From Eledone cirrhosa (lineage: Eukaryota): a stretch of 64,000 bases of DNA. The notes under the pieces were generated by a model. The model made no database searches. It worked only from the letters and a program-made list of their open reading frames with translations, and was not told where the DNA came from. The translations under genes and the position numbers were made by a program. This document shows positions 25,461 to 37,601 of this stretch, one piece after another. Location: NCBI GenBank assembly GCA_964016885.1, contig OZ024750.1, positions 52,266,001 through 52,330,000 of the forward strand, in the 5' to 3' direction. The number at the start of each line of letters is the position of its first letter. Position 1 is the stretch's first letter.

Positions 25461-26709
25461 CTCAGTAAAACAAAACTTATGGACCATCAAAACTAGGGTA
25501 TGACCCCCCCCCCCCATCCCCAGTGGTTCACCTGGGTTGTGTATCACTGGCTTACAACATATTTACCTGTCAGTCTTCACTAATTACACCTGAGTTTCTT
25601 ATACAGTAATATACTGTATATAGAATCATTTACTATGATTTATGCTGTGTATATCCAGTTAAGAATAGGTACACTGTATCTATGTGTCTTAACCCTTTTA
25701 TGGCTGCAGTTCAAAGGAAAAACACTCTTATTAATTAATGAAGAATTTTGTTGGATTGATTAAAATTAATATTTCATTACTAAAATAGTAACTTAATGTA
25801 AGGTTCTTATATAAAATTATATTGGAAACCTTTAAAATGGTGGTTTTATTTCATAGAACCAGGTTGTGGCTGGATTGGTAACTAAAGGGTTAAGAGGTAA
25901 TTAAAAGAAAGGGCTTCTGACCATAAAACATTGCCTCGAAAAGGACACAGTGATGAGTGTGAAGCTTGTCAGGGGGCCTGCAATGCTAACCCCTAGCAGG
26001 GAAATGGTCTTAAACAACTTGCCATATACTGTATATAATCATGTATAAATGACACCTATTTTACAGGCATTTACAGTGTACCATATACTTTGAATTGAAG
26101 TTTTGTAGATCCACTAGATAAGTCATATGCTGCTTTTTCATGTATTTTCATTGGAAAAGATACAGCTACAAAAAAAATAAAAACCTCAGTGCACTCTTAA
26201 AGGTGATTGGCATTATGAAGGACATCCAGTTGTAGAAAACATGGCAAATATAGAATTTATAAAGATGCAGTCACTTCTGGTCTCTAACCATGACGGCCCT
26301 TCAAACCTATAAAAGCATGGAAAGCAGATGTATAATAACCCAAGCTAGCATGGAAAATAGATGTTAAATGATGATGATGATATATATGGTGTAATCTATG
26401 TATGCATGCTTGGAAAGCTGGACATGCTTCCCACCTGCTCTCCCACAGTGCTGGTGCCATGACAAAAAAAAAAAAAGCACCCTGTCCACTCTGTAAGAAG
26501 ATTATGATGGAACCACAACAAAAAAAGCACCCAGTCCATGCTGTAATGCGGTTGACATTACAGCATTGGGAGGGCATCCAGCTGTAGAATACCAAGCTCA
26601 AAACAGATCAAAATGAACAAGACATTGTTACCTGAGCCAGCTAGCTTCATAACATGACATCCCAACCCATGCAAATATGGAAAATAGATGTTAAACAGTA
26701 ATCTCCTTC

Positions 26710-27240
26710 TTCACCCACTTATTCCTGAGAGGGTTGTGGAGGCAGTGTCTTCAAACACTCCTTCCAGCAGGTCCTGTCAGAAGCAAGCATCTCCAACAGA
26801 TCCGACTGGATCCCCAAGCGTGACCAGCCAAGCTCATGAATGTTATCCAACCATCTTGTTTGGGGTCTACCCTTGGATCTCTTGTCGGTTTGTTTTGCCC
26901 GTAAAATCTGTCCAATGAGTCTTTCATGGGGCATTCAAACCTCTTGTCCATAGTATCAGAGCTGTGATCTCTCAATTTGGAGAAGTAGCAACTCTACCTG
27001 GAGTGACACTCTGATCTCCAAGCTACACACACTATCGAGTAACGTTACTCCAAGGACCCTTTGGGGGGAACCCTGTTTCAGTCATTACCCAAAATTCATG
27101 ACCATAGGTAAGGGTTGGCATGAATACCAAATTGAAGATAGTGAGTTTGATTTTTACACATACCAGCTTCTGCAATTCTTACATTTTATTCAGCCTCCTG
27201 CCTTCCATCTCTCTTGAACATGGCCCCAAGATCCTTGAAA
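26710..27240 (-). mobile_element. RTE-clade (Expander/Rex3-like) ORF C-terminal fragment
   Basis: MPHERL..KRSKGRPQTRWLDNIHELGWSRLGI..DRTCWKECLKTLPPQP. Confidence 0.7.
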
Positions 27241-27473
27241 TGCTTCAGTGGAACTCCATTTACATGTAGTAATGAATTATAAATATGTATACATATACAC
27301 ATAAGTTGTATCCATTTTTACAAATATTTTAGAATTGGGGTTTCACATCATATTTTTGTGGAGAAAGGTGTGATATATATAGTTATATACACAAGTATAT
27401 GCAGTAATGTAAATTATACCTGAATCTACAGTGGAGGTCCACAGTAGGCCATATGTTTTACACTTCCTGTTAC

Positions 27474-27525
<52 letters not shown>

Positions 27526-27898
27526 CCTGCAAGCAGGGAAAAGCGGACGTAAAATGATGATGATGATGATGATGATATATGTATGGTGAATAAGGTTTCA
27601 TGTAGGTTTATTACATTTGCTAATGTTGTTGATAGGATGTTTGTTTATATGTTGGGGCAATATAGATATATATGTCATCACTATTTAATGTCTATCTTTC
27701 CATGCTTGCATGGATTAGACAGGTCTTCCACTTTATATGGCATGTCTGGCCAGCTAGCTGCACCATACCTTGCTCAAACACAACTGTATTTTGGCTGAGA
27801 TTTTTACAGTTGGATGCCCTTGTAGATATAAGTAGATCCTGAGTTGAGTCGGGGGTAACCACAGTAAATAAGGTACTCAACACGTGTAGTGATGACAA

Positions 27899-28023
27899 GT
27901 TTATATAGAAAAGGCTTCTACAGGACTAGAACTATTTCATTTGTATGAAATCATCAGGGCATTCCTGATGATTTCTTATGAATGAAACAGTTCTAGTCCT
28001 GTAGAAGCTTTTTTTATATAAAC
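27899..28023. mobile_element. Short palindromic element with an HHR motif in each arm
   Basis: ~60-bp arms CTTCTACAGGACTAGAACT..TCATCAGG / CCTGATGA..AGTTCTAGTCCTGTAGAAG; TA-rich ends. Confidence 0.8.
27962..28006 (+). ncRNA. Type I hammerhead ribozyme motif, canonical core
   Basis: UUC-CUGAUGA-U.UUC(uuau)GAA.U-GAAA-CAG(8 nt)CUG-UA-GAA; GUA triplet; mirror arm keeps the core but helices I and II are disrupted. Confidence 0.7.
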
Positions 28024-29140
28024 ATGTATATATATAAATAATCATGATTTCCTGTGCAGTGTATCGGTAGATACTGAAATGAAGATTTATTTGACAGTTT
28101 CAACAGTTTAAAATGAAATCCACCACCTTTTCAATTAATTTTGTAAAGATTTAGTAAAATAACTAACCATACCATTAAGCTGGTGTTTAGTACATAGCTT
28201 AACAAAAATATTCTTCAAAATCATTGTTTATTTAAATATGAATAGTTTAAAACAAGGCTTGTCATGGTAGAATTGGGACAGCTTTAGGTAGGTTGCTAGC
28301 AAAATGGGTTTTTTTTTAAATATTATTTTGAGGGAAGGGCCACACAGTCTCTGGCCCTTTAATATTTTCAAGGAGTTTGAGACTGATGGGAAGCAGTTAC
28401 CCTGAAACAGGAGACCTGACCTGAGGGCTTACAACAGTGAACCTTGCTAAAAGCTGGTGGTGGTCCTGTGGTGGATTAAATCTACTACCTAAGTGGTCCT
28501 AAAGTAATTTTAATGCAGAATGCAATGAGGTGTGGGTGACCAACCACTCTGGACTGGTAATTTATTTTATTGACCACAGAAGGATGACAGGCAGATTTTA
28601 CTATGGCTGGGTACCCACAACACAAGGAACTGAAATACCACAGTCTTATAATCTAATGTCTCTGACAATTTGTTGTCATGTGGAGTGTGAGGGAGATGTC
28701 ACTGCTATTTCTTGCAGGTTGTACAACCATGTAGAGGATTCCTTGCTGAGTTGTGTGTGTATGGTATCTGATGCTACGGAAGTATTCTGAAATATAATAT
28801 GATTGTGGTACACCCTTATTTAAACTGTACTCAAACATATAGATATATGTATTTATATATATTATACATGTTTGTGTGTGTGTGTCTGTCTATATACATG
28901 TGTGTGTTAGTGACTGTGTGTGTGTGTTTAGTTAGAGTATCTGGTGATATGACAGTGGAAGTGTGTTCTGAAATATACTTTTGAAGCAACCCTATTTAAA
29001 CTGTTTCCTATAGGAGGAGGGGGGGGGGGGTTTAAATACATGAAACAATACAATGATAGTGTGATATCTGATTTCTGTCAGATATTTGCTATTGTAGGTA
29101 GATTGGTAGATATATAGGTAGATTGGTAGGTAGATAGATA

Positions 29141-32100
29141 TATTTCTTTATTAGCCACAAGGGCACATAAGAAAAGGGGACAAAACAGACATGCCAGGGA
29201 TTTTACAAACAGTTATAACAATCGAAATCCCCACAAGGGAGGAGGTGCCACAAATGGGTTGTTTAATACCCCGTCGATAGAACAACCCTCAACTTCAGGA
29301 GCATGTTGTGCAAGTGCTCCTTTCTTCCTTTTGCTCTCTTCTTCAACTTACAGGTTTATAAACCGAGAAGGCCCAATCACTCGGGCCATTTTCGCTTCAT
29401 TCACCCACCTTTCAGTAAATTTACTGGGGTGCAGTGCCTCTCTCTCCACTCTGATTCTCCTTCTAAAGTGATACCTAAAGAAGGGAATGAATTGTTGTCC
29501 GGAGAGAAAGACATCTGTCCTCAGTCCTCTCAATCTCGTCCACCATATAACCTCTTTTACCATAGCCTCCCTTTCGTTTTTGAAAGAAGTTGGCGGTTTG
29601 ATCCTTATTATGGACTTGGCAGTCAACTGGATTTGTCCCATACGTGACAGCAGTTGTTCTGCATAGTTCCACAGGCCACTTACGCCCGGGCAGTGTACAA
29701 TTGCAAGCAAGACAGTTTCAATGTCTTGCCCGCATCTTGGACACGTCCTCTTGGAAGGATCCCTGCCGGGGCGTCCGTGGTTGTAGATCTTGTCACAAAC
29801 TGGTAGAGCTCCTCGGTAGCACTGCCAGAGTCTCTCCGAGCACGTCGTCGCCCTTGTGATGTACTAACCCTCTATAGAATGTTGAAGTGGAGTCTCCATT
29901 GATTGCCGTGCCTGCTTGACAGGACTGTGAGCGCATTCAATGTGCCAGGCACCCATCTTTGGTCTCCGCTTGACCCAGGACTGAAGCTACGTCAGCGAGA
30001 CAAGTTGCGGGAAGGCCTGTCTCATAAACGGTGCCCACACCGGTTGGGGGTCGTTGAGGAATACCTGTAGATGCTGTAGCTTCAGCGCATGTTTGCGCTT
30101 CATCAGCCACGGCATTCCCAGCCCTCCGTTGGAAGGGTGTTGAGAGCAGATGGATCTCCTCACCAGTGGAGGCTGCTTCTTCCAAAGGAACTGGAAGAGC
30201 ATGCGTTCCATCTTGGTGAGGTGTTCACGGGGACAAGGCACGACGGTCAAGCGGTAGTAGATAACGGACACTATGAAAGTGTTCGCCACCTCCGCTTGAC
30301 CTTTCAAAGATAGTTTGCACTCTGCCCACTTCTGGGTGAGCGCAAATACCTTAGCCGTGACTTCGTTCCAGGTTTTTCTCCACCTGGAGGTCCGAACCAG
30401 ACCCCGAGCAATTTCACCAGTCCATCCAGCGTCCAACAACGCTGTCGGACGGCATCGGTTTGCCTCTCCACATTCCGAGTTGCAAACTGACAGACTTGTC
30501 CGGGTTCAGTTTTGCTCCTGTGAGCCTTTCATATTCTTGCAGTAAGTTGCCGATCGCCCTGATTTCCGAGGTTTCCAACACCATTACTGTTACATCGGCG
30601 CCACTTTCCGCAGTCTCGGTTCCAATGAAATGCCCTGCAGCAGCTCCAACTTCCGCAGTAGTGGTTCTAGAGTCAGTACGTACAGAATGGAGGAGAGAGT
30701 GCATCCCTGTCGGATGGAACGCGTGATTGTGAATGGCTCCGATAGGTAGGCGTTCACCTTGACCATCGAGCAGATGTTGGTGTGCATTGCGGCGATCCAG
30801 CTCTCGGAGACAGGTCCGAAACCGGCCGCCTTGAGAACCGCTTAGACTTGATGGTCGAACGCCTTAGACTGATCTAAATTGATCAAAGCCCCACCGAAGC
30901 CGGGTTTACACCCCACCCTTTCTATGATGTATCGCATGAGGTAGCGGTTGTCGTGTATGGACCTGGTCGGGATTGCACACGTTTGCGCTTTCCCTACCAG
31001 GTTCTCGACAACAAGCGCCAACACCTTGGCCAAAATCTTTAACTCTGTGTTGAGCAGAGTTATGGGCCTAAAGTTGCTTAGTTTGTCCCCCTTGTTCTCG
31101 TCTTTCCTGATCAGCTTTACTATGCCCCTGCCTGCAGAACTGGGAATTCTCCCGTTCTGCTGCCAGTTGCAGTAGACGGCTTCGAGGTCGCCAGAGAACA
31201 AGTGCAGCATGCCTATGTAAAACTCATGGGGTAGACCATCTAGACCGAGTGATTTGCGTTTCCCGCAGTGGCTGTGATCGGTCTTTCGATAAACTTGGCG
31301 TCCATGCTCAAGAGATGCGGCAGGCCGTTGAGGTATGAACCGAGGTCCATTGCCCCATTTGACTTACCGCCACTCTGTTTGAGCAGTTGTGCAAAGTGCC
31401 GCTGAAAGGCCGCACACATGCGATTGGGGTCAAGTAGCACATGTCCGTTTTGGTCTTTCAAAGACCGAATCGTGGGCTTGTTGCCCCTTTTCACCTCTGC
31501 CACTCGGGCCCAGCTAACAGCTTTTGCTCCCACGTTTCCTAGAGCACGTGATTTACTTCTGACCACGCAGCCTTCGTGTTTCGCGTCGAAGAACTGGTCC
31601 AGTGCCGTTCTCGTTTCTAGCACTCTAGCTGCGTTTCCACTCCTAAGCGCCTCCTCTACCTTGGCTATTAGTTCTGTTTCTGTTTCGTTTTTCTCTAAGA
31701 CTAATTCTCTGCTAAAGTCTATCGACTCTACTCTAGTTGCTCTCTTGAGAGAGTACCACCATCTGTTGTTGACGATGGCTCCCGTCAACTCTTGCTTAAC
31801 TAATCTACTTATCCGTTCACTGTAGGCTTTACGTGTCGGTAGCGACACATTCAGCTTCCAGTATTCGGATCCTTGTCTATGTATTCTATCACGGTTGACT
31901 ATGCAGATGACTAGTTTGTGGTCTGAATAGGCAACCATGTGCATTTGTGGACAGCTTAACATCTTTTCTCTCTCTAATTAAAAAAAAAAAACCTGTCTAA
32001 ATACGATCTAGATGTCCCGCTGTGGTTTGTCCTCGTCCACTGTGGTGCAGTCGGGAAATCCAGTCGATACCTATCGGCTAGTTGGAATTGGCCGATTAAA

Positions 32101-33333
32101 TATTTGAGGCTGTTGCAACCGCCTCCCCCCCCCTCTACTGGGACATGACCCTACATAGTCCCATCGTACGTCTAGGATACCATTCCAGTCCCCCACTAAA
32201 AGCAAGGAGCCAGACATTCCCAGAAAAGACTCTAGACGTTTAAAGAAGTCGGGGCATAAACGGCCACCAGTCTGAAGGCTCCACCTCCAATACTGTTCAC
32301 GTCTAGGACTACCAGTCTACTCTCCGGGTCCAAGTGTACTTGTTGTATTTTGAGGTCCGGGGTTTTTCGAAACATGACAGCCACTCCCCCTCCACCTCCT
32401 GGCTGTCAGAGTGATACGTAGATAGATCTGTCATTGAAGATGAGGGTTAGTTGCTGCCTGTTGTGGATCCTGGACTCGGTGATGGCTATCACATCCATAC
32501 CGTGTGACCTAAGGTCGTTTAAAAGTTGGCCCTGTTTCCAGGGCATCCCTAGGCCACGCATATTCACACTTCCAACTCGTAATTAGCCATCGTTGGTGGA
32601 GAAGAGTTGGTGAAAAAGGATGAAAAGATGCACTTAACTTTTCGTTTCCTGGAGATCGAGTTGTTCAATCGCCATTTGGGTGGGGGTGGGGAAACATTTT
32701 AATAGGACGCGGTTAATGGGCTTTTGACGGGTTGCCAACATCCTGTGAAAATTGTTCTTTTAATTTCTGATAGGTTTCTATCGAAACCCTTATTAGTTTT
32801 AGGTGTGGTTGTGAGTCTGCCTTGACAAAAGTTTTCGCCTCAGTTTCTACTTTGGGGTCTTGGGAGATGACCTCCATCAGGTTTTTGTTGTTTGTGTTAA
32901 TGTATGTATATTGTTGTTTGTTTTTTGTTGTTGTGTTGTTTTGGTTTATTGTCCATTTTGGAGTTTTCTTTTTATGGTGGGCATTTGTGTTTGGGGTGGT
33001 GTTGGTGTTTGTTTTGCTGGTAGTGTTGGGGGGGGGGGGGGTGATTGTTGTTTTTGTGGCTTTGCCGCGTCTCTTTTTATTTTTATTTTTTATTTTTTTT
33101 TATTTATGAGGCTCTCCATCTTCACTTGAGGATGGAGAAGTAGCCTCGTCTGGCGATGAATCATCATCAGGGAGTGTGTGGGAGGGGTATGTTATGTGGT
33201 GATGGTGTGCTTGTGTGTGTGATTGTGGTGGAGTGGGACTGTTTTTCAGGGGAATTGTTTGTGGTTGAGCAGTTGTTTGTTTTTGTGTGTTGTTGTGGTT
33301 TTGGTGTTGGTGTTGGTAAAAGTACTTTTTTGG
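29141..33333 (-). mobile_element. Tx1/L1-clade LINE: ORF1 C-terminal remnant + decayed ORF2 (APE, RT, Zn motif)
   Basis: RVGSVNMRGL..VIAITES, LLLVGDWN, SRSYLDR, YSDHKLV..YWKLN, NFRPITLLNTELKILAK, NLDQSKAFD, RSIRQGCTLS, GGLGMP, CPRCGQD.ETV..C; ORF2 ~32590 to 29348 with frameshifts; both ends in GATA/GGTA microsatellite. Confidence 0.92.
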
Positions 33334-33574
33334 ATAGATAGATTGGTAGATAGATAGGTTGGTTGGTAGCTAGAGCTTCTTTTGTCCTGAAATCATCACA
33401 AAACGAATGTGGTAAGATATATCATATATACACTTACACATATCTTACATGTATACATACATACTATCACACACACACGCAGTGTTAAACTGTCACACAC
33501 ATCCTTCGACATACTTCTCTTTAGGCTGCAATAAAGGTGGCCTGTATTATTAATTCCTACAAGTTTTATGTCAA

Positions 33575-33900
33575 TGTGTGTGTAAGTCCATGTATGTGTA
33601 TGTCTGTATGTCAATGTATGCGTGTCAATGTGTGCGTAAGTCCATGTATGCGTATGTCAATGTGTGCGTAAGTCCATGTATGTGTCAATGTGTGTGTATG
33701 CCAATGTATGTGTGTAAGTCCATGCGTGTATGTCAACGTTTGTGTAAGCCCATGTATGTGTATGTCAATGTGTAAGTCCATGTGTGTGTGTATGTCCGTG
33801 TGTCCGTGTGTGTCCATGTGTGTGTATGTCCATGCGCGTGTATGTCCATGCGCGTGTAAGTCCGTGTCAATGTGTGTATTCACATTTGTGTGTGTGTTGG
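33575..33900. repeat. TG-rich degenerate minisatellite
   Basis: Recurrent TGTCAATGTGTG..TAAGTCCATGTATG. Confidence 0.85.
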
Positions 33901-33914
33901 GGTGGGGGTATATA

Positions 33915-34124
33915 TCATCATCATCATTGCTGTTTAGCATCCACTTTTCCATGCTAGCATGGGTTAGACGAGTTGCCCTGTTGTGGGCGATGCTAGGCCA
34001 GCTGACGATGTCTTGCTCATACAGAACTCATTTTGGGTTGGTTTCTATGGCAGGATGCCCTTCCTGATGGCAACCTTATTTACAGTGTAGGCTGGGTGCT
34101 TTTTGTGGTGGCACCTACACAACC

Positions 34125-34130
<6 letters not shown>
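33915..34130 (-). mobile_element. RTE/SINE 3' tail fragment
   Basis: (CAT)n..TTTTCCATGCTAGCATGGGTTAGACG..GGATGCCCTTCC. Confidence 0.75.
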
Positions 34131-34166
<36 letters not shown>

Positions 34167-35288
34167 GTGTGTATGTATATATAGGTATGTGTGTAAATAC
34201 ACACATACACATCTGTGTATGTGTGCACATATGAGAACATATTTTTATGGTGATGTAATTTCACACTTTGTAAGTCTCCCACTCTAATAATTGTTTAAAG
34301 TTTGTCAGCCGCTACTTAACCAATATCCAAATAGTTGTTTAGTTCTGCCAGGCATCTGTAATGTCGCCTCAGTTTATGAGAATTTGAAGTAACTGTCTCT
34401 CTTATCTCTTGTCTCTGTGTTGTTTGAGACATACTGACATATTTACTGTTGAAACAGCATGGATGATGTCTCTGCCGCCTTTCTTTCACTGTTTTCTTTC
34501 TTTTTTATTTTCTTTATTTTTTAGTTTTAATTACATTTTCTTTTCATATTGGAAAGTATGCTTTTCAAACTGAAATATGGGATATAGTATTTATACTACA
34601 AATACACTATGTATATATATATGTACACACACGTAAATATCATCATCATAATTTAACATGGGAGGGGTGGGGCTTGCTATTGCACGCACACACTGTATAT
34701 ATATATATATATATATATATATTCATGCCTTGACTTTGCTAACCCTTTCACTACTGCATTTCTAATGAAACCACTGTTGCAATTAATTTATTAATTTTCA
34801 AAATAAGCAAATATTTGGAGGAATTTTATAAAATAACTTTTTCATTAGTAAGCAGATATTTAGAACATTAAGAAAAATATCTAAAATTCAATTATGGTGG
34901 AAGGTTTTAATTTAAGGATAAATATTTTTATGCAAGTAGTTTTGTATCATAAATCCAGGGTGGTTTCAAGCAGGTCGATATCAAAGGAGTCAAAGAGAAA
35001 TATATAAAAAAGACATATGTCAGTGTTGATTTACATATTTTCAGTTAAATTTTGCAGTTTTCTGTACAGTTATTTGGTTATTGAATATCTCAGCTGCTTA
35101 GTACTCAGTTTAACCTTTTATCATTTAAACTGGCTATATCCGACCAGAATTCTTTCACCTATTCCTGTTCAAACTGGCTGTAACCAGCCACTCATACTGG
35201 TAAGATATTGTTCTCAAAAGAAATAACAAAATCTCATAGATTCAATATAATGTGAGATAAGCCTTTACCACAAAAATACAATAGTATA

Positions 35289-35940
35289 AGTATGTACACG
35301 TACATACATATATGTATACAGACGTACAGTAGTATGTATATATATATATATACATACATGCACACATATATATATGTACATATGGATACACCGAACATTT
35401 ATTATAATGATCGGTGTGTCTGTAAACAAACATCCCGTATTAAGCCGTAGTGTCTAGCAACCATCGTTGCTCGTTTGTTCAACACTGACAAAGGAACGCT
35501 GTACTAGTTTCAAGCTTATAGCTATCGTCAGCAACGTATACCTTCCTGCCAGATTGTTGAACGTATATACTTACCTTATGCATATTAACGGCTGAGTAGC
35601 TCAATTTGCATATCGAGTGGGTTAATCGGCCGGGTGCACAGAAAACGATAAACGGAAAAATGAAACGAAATTTCATTTCCCACTCTTAGTACGGCTGTTA
35701 CTTAAATATAAGTATGTACACGTACATACATATATGTATACAGACGTACAGTAGTATGTATATATATATATACATACATGCAGACATATATGTATGTACG
35801 TATGGCTTCACCGAACATTTATTATAATGCTCGGTGTGTCTGTAAACAAACATCCCGTATTAAGCCGTAGTGTCTAGCAACCATCGTTGCTCGTTTGTTC
35901 AACACTGACAAAGGAACGCTGTACTAGTTTCAAGCTTATT
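35289..35940 (-). mobile_element. Retrozyme-like non-coding insert: ~1.55 tandem copies of a 420-422-nt unit with HHR
   Basis: Unit restarts at ~35710; 13-bp TSD ATACAATAGTATA at 35276-35288 and 35941-35953; HHR on minus strand; no credible ORF. Confidence 0.8.
35496..35537 (-). ncRNA. Minimal type I hammerhead ribozyme, canonical core
   Basis: Minus strand: ACGUUG-CUGACGA-U.AGCU(aua)AGCU.U-GAAA-CUAG-UA-CAGCGU; 6-bp helix I with one G.U; palindromic ACUAGU helix III; partial second copy 35916-35939. Confidence 0.88.
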
Positions 35941-36809
35941 ATACAATAGTATAGAGTAATGTAAATACTAAAGAACTAACCTATTTATGACCGTATTTCT
36001 AATGAAATAAATTATTTTGGAAATAATTTAATTTAACTCTTTCATTACCATATTTCTAATAAAATACCCTTCCTATGATTTTCAAATAATTTGGAAAATA
36101 ATTAAGATTTTGAAGATATTAGTGATATGACTTTCTCATTATCAAACTGGTGTTTGGAACATCACTTATAAATGTTTTTATATAAATATGAAACACTTTA
36201 AAATAAAAGTTTTATATCATAGAACCAAGGACAGTTTCAAGCAGTATAAAAAGGGTTAACATACATAGTCAAGTACTATACATATCAAGGCTGCTTCCTA
36301 AAAGATAGGGTTTCTTTTCAAAGACAGAAAATACAACAGTTTTGATCAATTACTGATGATCTTAAGACTAAGTGTGACCTTATAAGAGTACTGCTCATAT
36401 ATCTAGGACATTACTCTTATAGACCACACCCAGTTGATAATCTAATTGATTGACATTCATAGATATGTTGTTTCTTCTTTTTTGTTTTTAACCACTACTA
36501 CTATAACACCATCTGTTTGTCTGAAGCAACAATCTGTCTACTACCACCAACACCACTACCTCCTCATTCCTCTCCTCCTCTCTCTACAATTTTCTTCACC
36601 AAATCCTGTACAAAACACTATGATCAATCCTTCCACAACATCCCATTGTAACTCCTGTTCACAGTTCCTCTACAGTAAAGCGCCCCAAACTTGGTGTTGT
36701 GAAGGAAATTGAGAATTCTTTATATATATATGTTTTAGTATTGAAATTTTCCCTGCAAAAAATAAATCTTTGTTGTTGTACATAAAAAAACAACTCCACG
36801 AATTTAAGA

Positions 36810-37030
36810 TAATGGTTTTTGATTTAGGCACGTGGCCAACAATTTGGGGGGAGGGGAAGTCAATTAAATTGAATTCCAGCGCATTACTGGTACTTTATTT
36901 TATTGACTCCGTAAGGATGAAAGGCAAAGCTAATCCCAACAGGGTTTGAACTAAGAACATAAAGGGACTTGACTCTATGCTGCAAAGCCTATTGTCCAAT
37001 GCCCTACCAATACTACCAATCCACTGCCCT
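36810..37030 (-). mobile_element. tRNA-derived SINE, family A
   Basis: Diverged reverse copy. Confidence 0.75.
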
Positions 37031-37351
37031 CCATCTTATTAAGATAAGGGCACAAATTTCTTTTACTTAACTGGGGCTTTATGACAACTTTTCTTTTTTT
37101 AATAAAAAAGGGGATCATGATTTAAAATGTTTGAGAAGGCCTGCCCTGGAGGCATCAACTTAGAAAATATTTAAACTGTCAGCCATAAGACCACATCTGC
37201 CACAGGAGGTGGGGAATCCATTTCTTCTGGGTAAAATTTTACTCGCATTCAAATTTGAAACTACTGATGAAGTCTTTAAAAACTTAAATGTTAAAAGAAA
37301 TATTGAACCTCTAGACCAAAATAGTAATTTAATGTGTTACATATTTGTGCA

Positions 37352-37601
37352 TGAAGGTACATAGCCTAGTGGTTAGGGTGTTGAATTTATGATCATAGTG
37401 TGGTAGGTTCAATTCCTGGACAGGGTACTGCATTGTGTTCTTGAGCAAAACAGTTCATTTCACATTGCTCCAGTATACTCAGTTGAAAATGAGTACCAAT
37501 GGTGCACTTGGAAGTCTTCTACCCTCAGTCGCTTAACGGTGGGGAAACTAGGATAAGCAGTGATCTGATGAACCTTCTGACTTGAGACAGACTTAACATA
37601 C
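37352..37601 (+). mobile_element. tRNA-derived SINE whose 3' terminus is the first satellite unit
   Basis: Head TAGCCTAGTGGTTAGGG..GGTTCAATTCC, core TTCTTGAGCAA..TTTCACATTGCTCCAG, tail GAAACTAGGATAAGC..CTGATGAACC..AGACTTAAC. Confidence 0.75.

Larger units (their letters stand above)
35114..35976. mobile_element. piggyBac-type MITE (57826 family) interrupted by the retrozyme-like insert
   Basis: Starts TTAA-CCTTTT; body matches the uninterrupted relatives at ~44731-44910 and 57826-58036; resumes at 35941. Confidence 0.7.

Noticed and set aside
35567-35577. ATACTTACCT as a U1 snRNA gene start
   Set aside because: No further U1 similarity; better read as a minus-strand splice donor
37255-37300. 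CTGATGA-AGT..ACT possible hammerhead
   Set aside because: Followed by TAAA rather than GAAA; no helix I or III
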